Shown piece after piece: positions 47,393-56,945 of a DNA stretch of 56,945 nucleotides. The position numbers were made by a program, and so were the translations under genes. The notes below the pieces were generated by a model that made no database searches, had not been told where the DNA came from, and was given only the letters and a program-made list of their open reading frames with translations. Location: the NCBI RefSeq assembly GCF_004010195.1, contig NC_057718.1:93682230-93739174 (forward strand). The letters are read 5' to 3'. Each line of letters begins with the position of its first letter. Positions within the stretch are counted from its first letter, which is position 1. The stretch is from Chiloscyllium plagiosum. Taxonomy: Eukaryota.

Positions 47393-47742
47393 TCTGCACA
47401 TCCTTAAATATTTCTGTCCAATTTAACAGCCTCGTATTCCTACCTCTTTTCTTTCACTGCTCCCACATAGCAGCTTGCACACTCCTGTATTGGAAGACTT
47501 ATCCTTAACTTCTCTCTCTTCTTGCGGGACAAGGTAAGCACATAGCCCCCAACAGAGGCAGGGCACAGAAGAGGCATCACTAGTTTCAGAAGAGAGCCGC
47601 GGAAAGAGTGAACACTTTGCCAGTTACAGCTTCGAGGCTGCACCCCTGAATTGTCACCCTGGAGTCTGCGTGAGGCACAGGGTGCTGTAACCTCTTGTAA
47701 CCTCTAACCTTGAACATGTTTATGACAGATTGAGGTGAAGCT

Positions 47743-47944
47743 AAATATCACACAACACCAGGTTATAGTCCAACAAGTTTATTTGGAAGCACTTGCTTTT
47801 GGAGCGCCACTCCTTCATCAGGTGGTTGTGAAGGAGCAGAGCTCCGAAAGCTAGTGCTTCCAAATAAACCTGTTGGACTGTAATCTGGTGTTATGTGATT
47901 TTTAACTTTGTACACACCAGTCCAAGACCAGCTCCTCCACATCA
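47743..47944. mobile_element. Fold-back Penelope-derived element (family B)
   Basis: Inverted arms around hammerhead remnants; TSD core AGATTGAGGT at 47727-47736 / 47945-47954. Confidence 0.88.
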
Positions 47945-48291
47945 AGATTGAGGTAAGGCAGAGAAAGAAAAATTGTTCCCATTAACTAATGCAAAACTGT
48001 TCTCTTTCATTAATACAGCGCTGTACCCACAATGTCAATACCATTACAAATGCATAATATTTGTTAATTATTGTCCAACCTGTTTCTTTGCTTAATGATG
48101 GCAATTTTAGATGATGTGTTGGAGCAGGGAAGGAAGAGCAGCTGGGCGGTAACATTCCGTATTGACAGAACTACTCAGTACAAATGTAGCCACAGGAAGG
48201 ACTTCCATGTTAACTGGGCTAGTGTCACTGAAGAATTCTCACTGCTGTATCCAGTGAATACTCTTACCCAAGGTAAGAAATTAGGACTCTT

Positions 48292-48400
48292 GTGATGCAG
48301 TGGCAGTATCCCTAGCTCTAAACCAGGAGGTTAAATTCAGGTCCCACCTGCTGCAGAGATGCGTAATGTCCCTGCTGAACAAATTGATTAGAAAATATCT
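48292..48400 (+). mobile_element. Short degenerate tRNA-derived SINE
   Basis: A-box-like tgatgcagtggcagtatccctag and B-box-like aattcaggtcccacc in about 110 bp. Confidence 0.45.
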
Positions 48401-48538
48401 ACAATCACACTGGAGGAGGACGATAATTACTCTGTGCAATGAGAATTACTTAGTCTTTGTAGTTTTGTTCCACCTTTCTGCCAACATGGGGGAGTTATAG
48501 GAAGGGCGTACAGTATGTTGCCTTAAGCACGTTGACAA

Positions 48539-49475
48539 GTCGTAAGACAATAAGACACAGAAGCAGAGATTAGGCCATTCGGCCCATCGAGTCTGCTCCA
48601 CCAATTGATCATGGCTGACAGGTTTTTCAACTCCATTTTCCCGCTTTCTCCCCATAACCTTTGAACCCCTTGGCAATCATGAACGTATTTATCTCTGTTT
48701 TAAATATACTCAATGATCTGGCCTCCACAGATTCACTACATTCTGAGAGGAGACATTTCTCCTCAGCTACTATCGTAGGGTGTGATCCTTTATTCTAGGT
48801 TTATGCTGTCTGGTCTTAGATCCTCCCAAAAAGGGCAAATAGCACTCCACACTTACCCTGTCAAGTCTCTTAGGAATCTTGGGTGTTTCTATAAGGTCAC
48901 CTCTTATTCATCTTCAATCCAATAAACACAGGCCCAACCCACTTAATCCCTCCTCATACGACAATCCCTCCACATCCAGTATCAGCCTAGTGACCCTTTT
49001 CTGGACTGCCTCCAATACCTATATATATATTCCTTAGATAAGGGGTCAAAACTAGTCAAAGTATTCTAGCTGTGGTCTAACTAGCATTTAGTATTGCTTT
49101 AGCAAAGCCTCTATCACCCCCACCCTGACTCCAAATGCTCTTATACCCCACTCTGTTTGAAATTGAGGCCAACATCACTTGCTTTCCCTGTTCCTTGCTG
49201 AATTTGGATTTGAGCTTTTTGAATTTCACACATGAGGATTCCCAAATCCCTCTGTTCCATAGCTTTGTGCAGTCTTTCTCCATTTAAAAAACGTTCAGCT
49301 CATCCATTCTTCCTGCCAAAGTGTGTAACCTTACATTTTGCCACTTTATATTCCATTTGCACACTCACTTAACCTGACTATATTCTTCTGCAGACTCTTT
49401 GTGTAACCCTCACCACTTGTATTTCCACCTATTGTTGCATTCTGTAGTATGTTCACTTTCCTCATCCAAGTCACT
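48539..49475 (-). mobile_element. Older CR1 LINE 3' portion
   Basis: taagacaataagacacagaagcagagattaggccattcggcccatcgag tail; decayed ORF2 upstream. Confidence 0.85.
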
Positions 49476-49624
49476 TTTAACTTTCTTGAACAGGTGGAGG
49501 GAGAGGGTGAGGGAGAGGGAGAGGTGGTGATAGGTAGACAATGGTGGATTATAGATTTCAGAATGCTTCACTCACCTGAATGAATATTGGAGTCTCGAAA
49601 TGCATAAACACTCATCCTGCTGCC

Positions 49625-49728
49625 TCAGAAATCTAAAGCAAAAGCAGAAATTGCTGGATAAACTCAGCAGTGCTCTGAGGACGGAAAACAGAGTTAACAT
49701 TTTGAGTCCAGTGACCCTTCTTCTGCAA
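49625..49728 (-). mobile_element. Short Penelope-derived element (family C), degenerate hammerhead
   Basis: cagaaattgctggataaactcagcag...cagagttaacattttgagtccagtgacccttctt. Confidence 0.75.
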
Positions 49729-49774
49729 CCTATGTCCTTTGTCATTGTGAATAAGACGGAAATCTGTTTCATTG

Positions 49775-50725
49775 AAAGAGAAAGTAGATTTCCTCTCATG
49801 ATTTCAGTGCATCCCCATACACTTTACACCCAATACTTCTGAACTGTAGACATTGCCGTAATGTTGGAAACAGAGCAGCTAATTTTCAAGCAAAGTGAAC
49901 TCCCAGAAAATGCAATATGATACTGATCAGGTCATCTGTTTTCATTCTATGATGATACTATGGCTTTAAGAGGCGTATTTTGACCTGAGGTTTTTTTTTT
50001 AAGAGAGCTTTGAAGACCAAGACGATGAGCTGTCTATTGAAAGCCCATAATGTAAACAGCTTGTGATGCTTTGGATTTTTTAAAAAGTAGGAACAATAGA
50101 AGTAGCCTGAATGGGTGGGCTCCCAATTAACCAAGATTTTGATTTTTTTCGTAGCAGCTGCTGGGGGCTTGAAGATGTGGAAATCTTAATACCTCTCACG
50201 GTTACAACTAAAAGCTAGGATTCACTTCCTGCTGCTGGAATTGCATATGAAACAACCTAATTTTCTGAATTTGACTTTGTCAATTTTTTGCGTGTTTATG
50301 GGATGTTACTATATTGGAACAACTGCTGTTTAGTAGTTAAATAATCTATGCTTCTGTTAAGTTTTCCGATAGAGTTACGTTCTTTTGTTGTATTTTAACT
50401 ATAGTGGATGAATAAAGCGTGTTTTGCCTCAATGTCAAGTAGTTTGACCAATCGAATTGCATCCGGAATGCAACACCTTTCACTTAGCCTTAAAATAAGT
50501 AAAATTTAAGGTCTAGTTTATCTTCTGAATATATCTTGAAGGGGTTTGTTCTGGTACATAACAATTCACAAAGTTGATTGAATGATCCAATTTGGCCAGG
50601 GATACCTGGGGAAAAAACAATCCCTGCTGCTATCTTTACTTTCCCCTTTTCTTCAACCTTTGAGTTCACTGGGGGTCTCATCTGAAAACTGAGTATCTCT
50701 GACAGTGTGGCCACTCCCTCACTGG
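49775..50725 (-). mobile_element. DeuSINE split by a solo LTR
   Basis: cactttaca.ccaat...gtaatgt.ggaaac...gcagctaattt; resumes ttggccagg.atac...tctcatctgaaa...gacagtg..gccactccctca. Confidence 0.65.
49948..50563 (+). mobile_element. Solo LTR (Gypsy-like), same family as 1733-2386
   Basis: TA(TG)...CATAACA termini; perfect 4-bp TSD ATTC at 49944-49947 / 50564-50567; AATAAA at 50411. Confidence 0.85.
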
Positions 50726-51147
50726 CAGCTGTAACACCATTTTGTTCCCCAACAGCTCAGTGTTTTGCTCAGTCATTCTGGGATGAACCATCTTTGCTGG
50801 TGTATTTTCAATGCAGTGCCTCGTTTGGCCACATGATGGCTCTGTCTAATTATGTTGAGGTAATGGTCACAGGCTGGATCTAAACGGAGCATTGCTATTG
50901 GATTGAGGATATGATAATTTTCCTATTCTCTCCCTCCTTGCCCTTGTGGTTCAGGTACTAGTGACGTGGAATACACCTAATGCAATCTGGGTGATCTACA
51001 TCCCCATGTCCACCCTACTTACACGATCCAGATGTTCCCACATGGCTCCAGGAATACTCCTCCATTGCAAGGAGTCACACCTGGAAGTGATGCACTGACC
51101 GAGACCGAGACTGGGCCAAGCTTCATTCAGTCACCTTTCTCACAGAA

Positions 51148-51397
51148 GCGGCATGGTGGTACAGTGGTTAGCACTGCTGCCTTACAGCGCCAGAGACCCA
51201 GGTTCAATTCCTGCCTCAGGTGACTCTCTGTGTGGAGTTTGCATTCTCCATGGGTTTCCTCCCACAATCCAAAAATGTGCAGGTTAGGTGAATTGGCCAT
51301 GCTAAATTGCCCGAAGTGTTAGGTCGGTGGGTTGCGGGTCGGTGTGGACTTGTTGGGTCGAAGGGCCTGTTTCCACACTGTAAGTAATCTAATCTAA
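51148..51397 (+). mobile_element. HE1-type V-SINE (internally deleted)
   Basis: Head, partial V-domain and tail. Confidence 0.9.
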
Positions 51398-51399
51398 AA

Positions 51400-51988
51400 G
51401 TTGACAGATAGCATGATCTTTTGGTCGCTCCTGTCCTCTATCATAGAGATCTTGGACAACAACATGTAGGAGAGGTTGGACCAGCCATTATCCCTCTTTG
51501 AGCTGACTAAGGCCCTCGAGTCCTTCGAGATGTGTCAAACTCCCAGAATTAATAGACAAAGTCTTTTCCCTGGAGTGGGGGAGTCCAGAACTAGACAGCA
51601 TAGGTTTAGGGTGAGAGGGAAAAGATATAAAAGAGACATAAGGGACAACTTTTTCACGCAGAGGGTGGTGTGTGTATGGAATGAGCTGCCAGAGGAAGTG
51701 GTGGAGGCTGATACAGTTGCAACATTTAAAAGGCATCTGGATGGGTATATGAATAGGAAGGGTTTGGGGGATATGGGTCAGGTGCTGGCAGATGGAACTA
51801 GGTTGGGTTGCGATATCTGTTCAGCATGGACAAATTGGACTGAAGGGGCTGTTTTTGTGCTGTACATCTCTATGACTCTATGACTCTAAGTGATGGCTTA
51901 CTGGCCAAGCTATATTCATCTCAGTGAGACTTGATTGACCAGAACCTGCTGACGGTGTATGACAGTGTGCTTCTGTCAGGTCGCATGT
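51400..51988 (+). mobile_element. Tx1/L1-clade LINE RT N-terminal fragment, split by CR1
   Basis: Removing 51548-51888 gives LDQPLSLFELTKALESFEMCQTPRSDGLLAKLYS..*DLIDQNLLTVYDS (KTPG.DGL.AE.Y-type motif). Confidence 0.75.
51548..51888 (+). mobile_element. CR1 (HER1-like) LINE 3' end
   Basis: NRQSLFPGVGESRTR.HRFRVRG...FFTQRVV.VWNELP; (CTATGACT)n tail. Confidence 0.93.
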
Positions 51989-52272
51989 GGGTGATTGTCC
52001 CTATGGAGTTTGCACATTCTCCCCGTTTCAGCGTGGATTTCTTCCAGGTGCTCTGGTTTCCTCCCACAGTCCAAAGACATGCAGGTTAGGGTGGATTGGC
52101 CATGCTAAATTGCCCATAGTGTCAGAGATGTGTAGGCTAGGTGGGTTAGTCACGGTGAATGTGGGGTTATGAGAATGGGGTGGGAGTCTGAGTCTGGGTG
52201 GGATGCTCCTGAAGGGTCAGTGGGGACTTGATGGGCCAAATGGTCTCTATCCACACTGTAGGGATTCTATGA
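51988..52272 (+). mobile_element. HE1-type V-SINE, 5'-truncated
   Basis: V-domain ggagtttgcacattctccccgt...tcccacagtccaaagac and tail. Confidence 0.88.
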
Positions 52273-52947
52273 CCACTAATTGCCATTGTTTCAGCTGCCT
52301 CAGCAATAGGTTCTTGAATCCCTTCCTTAAGTCACTCCAACGTGCTTCTTTCTCTTTGGCTAAACTTTAGGATATCTGGACATAATTACTCCTTATGTAG
52401 TCTGAAGTCATATTTTTATCACATTGAAGGTGCTATGCAAATATAAATTGTTCTGTATTCCTAATTTTTCCAACAGAGGGTGTGTGTGAGGTTTAATTTT
52501 AATGAATGAACCCCATTGATAGATTAACTTTTATTAAATCTGCAATTAATTTGCTCAATTAGGTTAATTCTTCATTTTGTAGAATTTGCATAAACATGCA
52601 AGGAAACTGTTGTTTTCCACCGGTGAATTCCCGAGGCTGATATTTTGGAATCTGAGTGATAGGAACACTCGGGTAGTAATTGGGGATCCAACACTGAGAC
52701 TGCATTTCTTCATTGGTACGATTTGCCTTGTTCATAGTGAACTTTGATTGAGCGAGGGCCACCATTGCTGCAGATGACATTGCCATCCCAATGATTGCAT
52801 GTCGCATATTGCAATGTGGGAGAATACAAGAACCATTCTTTTGATATTCGTGAATATGTGCTGCTTTCCCTTTTTTTGGTGTTATTCTTGGTTGTTTCTT
52901 CTGTTCCCCTCCTTGTATTTTTGTAACTTTACCACTCTCTCTGTCTT

Positions 52948-53267
52948 TAGAATAGAATCCCTACAGTGTGGAAACAGGCCCCTTGGCCCAACAAATCCAT
53001 ATTGACCCTCTGAAGGGTATTTGGGTGGGATACCCAAATTACTCTCCATTTATCCATGACTAATGCACCTAATCTACACATCCCAAAACACCATAGGCAA
53101 TTTAGCATGGCCAATTCACCTAACCTGCACATCCTTGTGTTTGTGAAGGAAACCCACGCAAGCACAGAGAGAATGTGCAAACTCCACACAGACAGTCGCC
53201 CGAGGCTGGAATCGAACCTAGATCCCTGGAGCTGTGAGGCAGCAGCGCTAACCACTGAGCCACCATG
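52948..53267 (-). mobile_element. HE1-type V-SINE
   Basis: Reverse complement of HE1. Confidence 0.9.
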
Positions 53268-53554
53268 TTTATTTTTCTGTAGTCCTACTCCTTGCTGGGG
53301 AGGTGGTGGCTATTGTGTTATCATCTTTGAAGTGATGTCCTTTTAAGAGCTCAATATACAAATGAGCCAAGTGCCCACATATTGTCAAATAAACTACAGG
53401 CCTCAGGCCCTCTGCAGTGTAGTACTCAAGGCACAGGCTGTATCTGCAGATAGCTCTATGTTTATTTCATGGTAAGTAACCCCACCGGAGATCTTTGGAA
53501 ACCATACACTTCATTTGCATCATATTAAGATGACACACAAGTATCATTTCAATA

Positions 53555-53850
53555 GAATAGTGCTATTATCATTGGACCAGTAATTTAAATAATCAGGCTG
53601 ATATTCAGGGGATGTTGCATCAAATCCTGTCACAGCAACTGTTAGAATTTAAAATTCAAGAACTAAATCTTGAATTAAAGTGTGCTGACCGTCAGTGATT
53701 GTTGCGAAAATGCATCTGGATGACTGAAGTACATTAGGGAAGGGAATCTTCCATCCATACTGTGGTCTATGTGTGACTCCAAACCCATAGCAATGAGGTT
53801 AACTCTTTACTGCCCTCAACAAAGACTTAGCAAGTCAAGATGGAAGCAGA
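53555..53850 (+). mobile_element. Old SINE-B
   Basis: tattatcattggaccagtaat...tcaaatcc...tagggaagggaatc...atgtgtgactccaaacccatagcaatg. Confidence 0.7.
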
Positions 53851-54954
53851 AAAAACAGTGTCTCTGTTCTTCTTCAGCGCTGTGCTGTATACCCACTTTG
53901 TTGATCCATTCTGGGATTATGGGTACATTTGTAACTATTGAAGTGAACTATACCAATCAACAACATTGAAATGTTATTTGAAATGAGATAAGACATTTGA
54001 TATTTAACACACAGACTCCATTCAAGTCAGGAAGGGGAGGGATGCTATCACCTATCTTTCGTTGCAACGGCTTTGTCATGATGGCCGAATTTGAAAGGGT
54101 TTTCAAGAGGAATAATATTCAGCCAAGGACTGGTGTCATACCAGTGTGATGGACAAATGAAGGGGATAAATACAGAATACTGTGGAACTCAGCATCAAGC
54201 CTACAGGTCAAATAATCACGTTATGAATTCCTCTACACTAAGATTCCAAATTGGATATTAAGTACTAACAGACATAATCTGGAATAGGGGACAGCAGCAG
54301 ACAAATTTCTTCAACCATTTTATAATGGTAGCCTATGTGTGTTATATCTCAGAGCCATGCAGAGGTGATACTTGTTTCTAAGTCTGCAACAAGTTTGTTC
54401 ACAAGAGTTCTGAAATACCTCTGTAACCATGAAATATCTCCACTCAGGCTCAGTTTCCATCTTTATCCACGGTATCCATTCACTCTGCGTCCACATCCAG
54501 GCATAAGCAGTCAAGCACCATGTGCAGAGATAGGTTAACAGGCACACATAAGCAAAGCAGAACCATTCAACCCCAGGCAGTCTGTTGGACCAAGCAGCGT
54601 AATGTCATGAACTGACTCCAGGGCACTGCATGTGAACAGTACATGGCATTCCAATAGGACCTCAACTGACAGGACCAATCTACAAGGCAGTGGGCTGGAT
54701 CCAGTAGAGATTATTGGGGTGAACATCAATTCCTGAAAATATCAGGAAGTGTATGATTATGTTAAGGGACAGGCACAGAAGAGATCCAAACACATACTGG
54801 CTATTGGGTGACACCTTCAAAGCTAATCCAATATCCTTGGCTGTTAATAGGGCAACAACACCAAAAGGAAGGGTTTTGGTTATCCACCCTGACACAGTTG
54901 TCCATTGATAGATTAGTAACTGCTACAGACTGAATATTATCTCCTCTTCCACAT

Positions 54955-56112
54955 CCAGATGGCTTGTACCCATGCAATCACAGAAGGTGCAACACTTCCC
55001 CATTTCTCTCCTCCCTCCTCACTACCTAAGTCTCCAGACACACACCTCCACTTCACTCAATCTGGTCTACTGTATTTGCTGCCCACAATGTGGTCTCCTA
55101 TAAATTGGCGGGGGAATGAAACTGTGGTGACTGTTTTGTTGAATACCAGCATTCTGTCCATAGCATTCAGCCCACAGATGCCAGGTAAAAGACCATCTCC
55201 AATAACAGACAATCTAACCACCGCCTTTGATGTTCAATGCTGTACCATCACTGAAACATGGACCCCCCCCCCCCCCCCCCCTCCCCCCAATCTCCCCCCT
55301 CACTATCAGCATCCTGGTGGTTAGCGTTGTTCAGAAACTTAACTGGACTCACCACACTGCAAGACCAGGTCAGAGACCAGGAACTAGACTGTGGTGAGTA
55401 ACACACCCCCTGATCCCCCCAGAGCCTGTCCACCACCGACAAGGCACAAGTCAGGAGTATGATGGAATATTCCCCATGTGCCTGGGTGGGTGCAGTTCCA
55501 ACAACACTCAAGAAACTTGATACCATCCTGGACAAAGCTGCCCACTTGACTGGCACCACATCCACAAACATCCACACCCTCTGCCATCTATGCTCAGTAG
55601 CAGCAGCGTGTACTCTCTACAAGGCTCCCTGTAGAAATTCGCTAAAGATCCTCAGACAGTACCTTCCAAACCCATGGTCACTTCCATCTTGAAGGACAAG
55701 GGCAGCAGCTACATGGGAACACCACCAGCTGCAAGATTCCTTTCAAGCCACACACCATTTTGACTTGGAAGTACATTGTCGTTCCTTCAGTGCCGCAGGG
55801 TTGGAATCCTGGAATTCCCTCTCTAAGTGCATTGTGGGACTACCTACAGCACATGGACTGCAGCAGTTTGAGAAGGCAGCTTACCCCGACCTTCTCAAGG
55901 GCTAACTAAGGATGGGCAATAAATGCTGGCCCAGCCAGCGATGCCAACATCCCATGAGTGCATAAGAAAAAAGACCCTGAGCCTATTCCACTTGCCTGCC
56001 ACTCCATCATACCAACCTGTTCCCTGGACAACATCTCTGTCTTGGGCTATCTGCAGTGGTCCAGCGAAGATCAGCACAAACTGGAAGAACAACACCTCAT
56101 TTTCCACTAGGG
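54955..56112 (+). mobile_element. Old Penelope GIY-YIG fragment split by LINE-B
   Basis: NLVYCICCPQCGLL*IG (GIY-YIG) at about 55060-55110; KLEEQHLIFH at about 56078-56107. Confidence 0.75.
55163..55972 (+). mobile_element. LINE-B 3' portion
   Basis: KAQVRSMMEYSPCAWVGAVPTTLKKLDTILDKAAHL (ORF 55459-55692); complete 3' tail. Confidence 0.9.
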
Positions 56113-56172
56113 GATGGCACGGTGGCTCAGTGGCTAAGACTATGTGTTTCAGGTTAGTTAGCAACCTTAAGT

Positions 56173-56270
56173 GGGAGAAAGGGAGCACTGCAGATGCTGG
56201 AGATCAGAATCAAAAAGAGTGGTGCTGGAAAAGCACAGTGAATCAGGCAGCAACCAAGGATCAAGAGAGT
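56173..56270 (-). mobile_element. Penelope-derived tail (family A), truncated by CR1
   Basis: ggagaaag..ag.actgcagatgctggagatcaga...tgctggaaaagcacag. Confidence 0.8.
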
Positions 56271-56945
56271 CATAGAGATGTACAGCATGGAATCAGACCC
56301 TTCGGTTCAACCCATCCATGCCAAACAGATATCCCAACCCAATCTAGTCCCATTTGTCAGCACCCGGCCCATATCCCTCCAAACCCTTCCTATCCATATA
56401 CCCATCCAAATGCCTTTTAAATGTTGCAATTGTACCAGCCTCCACCTCTTCCTCTGGCAGCTCAGTCCATACACCTCCCACCCTCTGTGTGAAAAAGTTG
56501 CCCCTCAGGTCTCTTTTATATCTTTCCCCTCTCACCCTAAAACTATGCCCTCTAGTTCTGGACTCCCCGACGCCAGTGAAAAGACCTTGTCTATTTATCC
56601 TATCCATGCCCCTCATAAGTTTATAAACCTCTATAAGGTCAGCCCTCAGCCTCTAACGCTCCAAAGAAAACAGCCCCAGCCTTTTCAGCCTCTCCCTATA
56701 GCTCAAATCCTCCAACCCTGGCAACATCCTTGTAAATCTTTTCTGAACACTTTCGAGTTTCACAACATATTTTCGATAGGAAGGAGACCAGAATGCATGC
56801 AATATTCCAACAGTGGCCTAACCAATAACCTGTACAGCCACAACATGACCTCCCAACTCCTGTACTCAATTCTCTGACCGATAAAGGAAAGCATACCAAA
56901 CGCCTCCTTCACTATCCTATCTACCTGCGACTCCACTTTCAAGGA
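56266..56945 (-). mobile_element. CR1 (HER1-like) LINE, continues beyond the window
   Basis: ORFs 56344-56616 and 56760-56942 (LYRLLVRPLLEYC); reverse complement of 16390-17322. Confidence 0.95.

Noticed and set aside
49576..49632. Minus-strand exon using a PLE-derived acceptor and a CAG|GTGAGT donor
   Set aside because: Isolated, with no partner exons or recognisable peptide; such sites arise often by chance.
51476..51883. 135-aa ORF
   Set aside because: Chance fusion of a Tx1-like fragment with an inserted CR1 3' end.

Overview
Repeat-rich, non-coding vertebrate DNA, inferred to be elasmobranch (shark) from HE1-type V-SINEs, their CR1/HER1-type partner LINE and SacSINE1-like DeuSINEs. I found no recognisable host protein-coding gene, tRNA, rRNA or CRISPR array. 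The listed ORFs are decayed retroelement fragments, a minisatellite, or chance. More than half of the window is nested mobile-element debris: CR1, L2, Rex1/Babar, RTE, Tx1-like and a second CR1/L2-group LINE ('LINE-B'), several SINE families, solo LTRs, a Tigger/pogo-like MITE and about 20 Penelope-like element (PLE) pieces. The most interesting signal is in the PLEs. They carry about 17 minimal type I hammerhead-ribozyme motifs in four sequence families (my labels A-D), several with intact cores. Their truncation and fold-back points cluster at the ribozyme, and at least two insertions carry copies of neighbouring genomic DNA inside their target-site duplications (TSDs). Also present are a roughly 950-bp 15-mer minisatellite that arose inside a CR1 LINE, several repeat-free motif-dense blocks resembling conserved enhancers, and a few weak plus-strand exon candidates. 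Family names come from motif recognition by eye with no database search. Boundaries of old elements are approximate.
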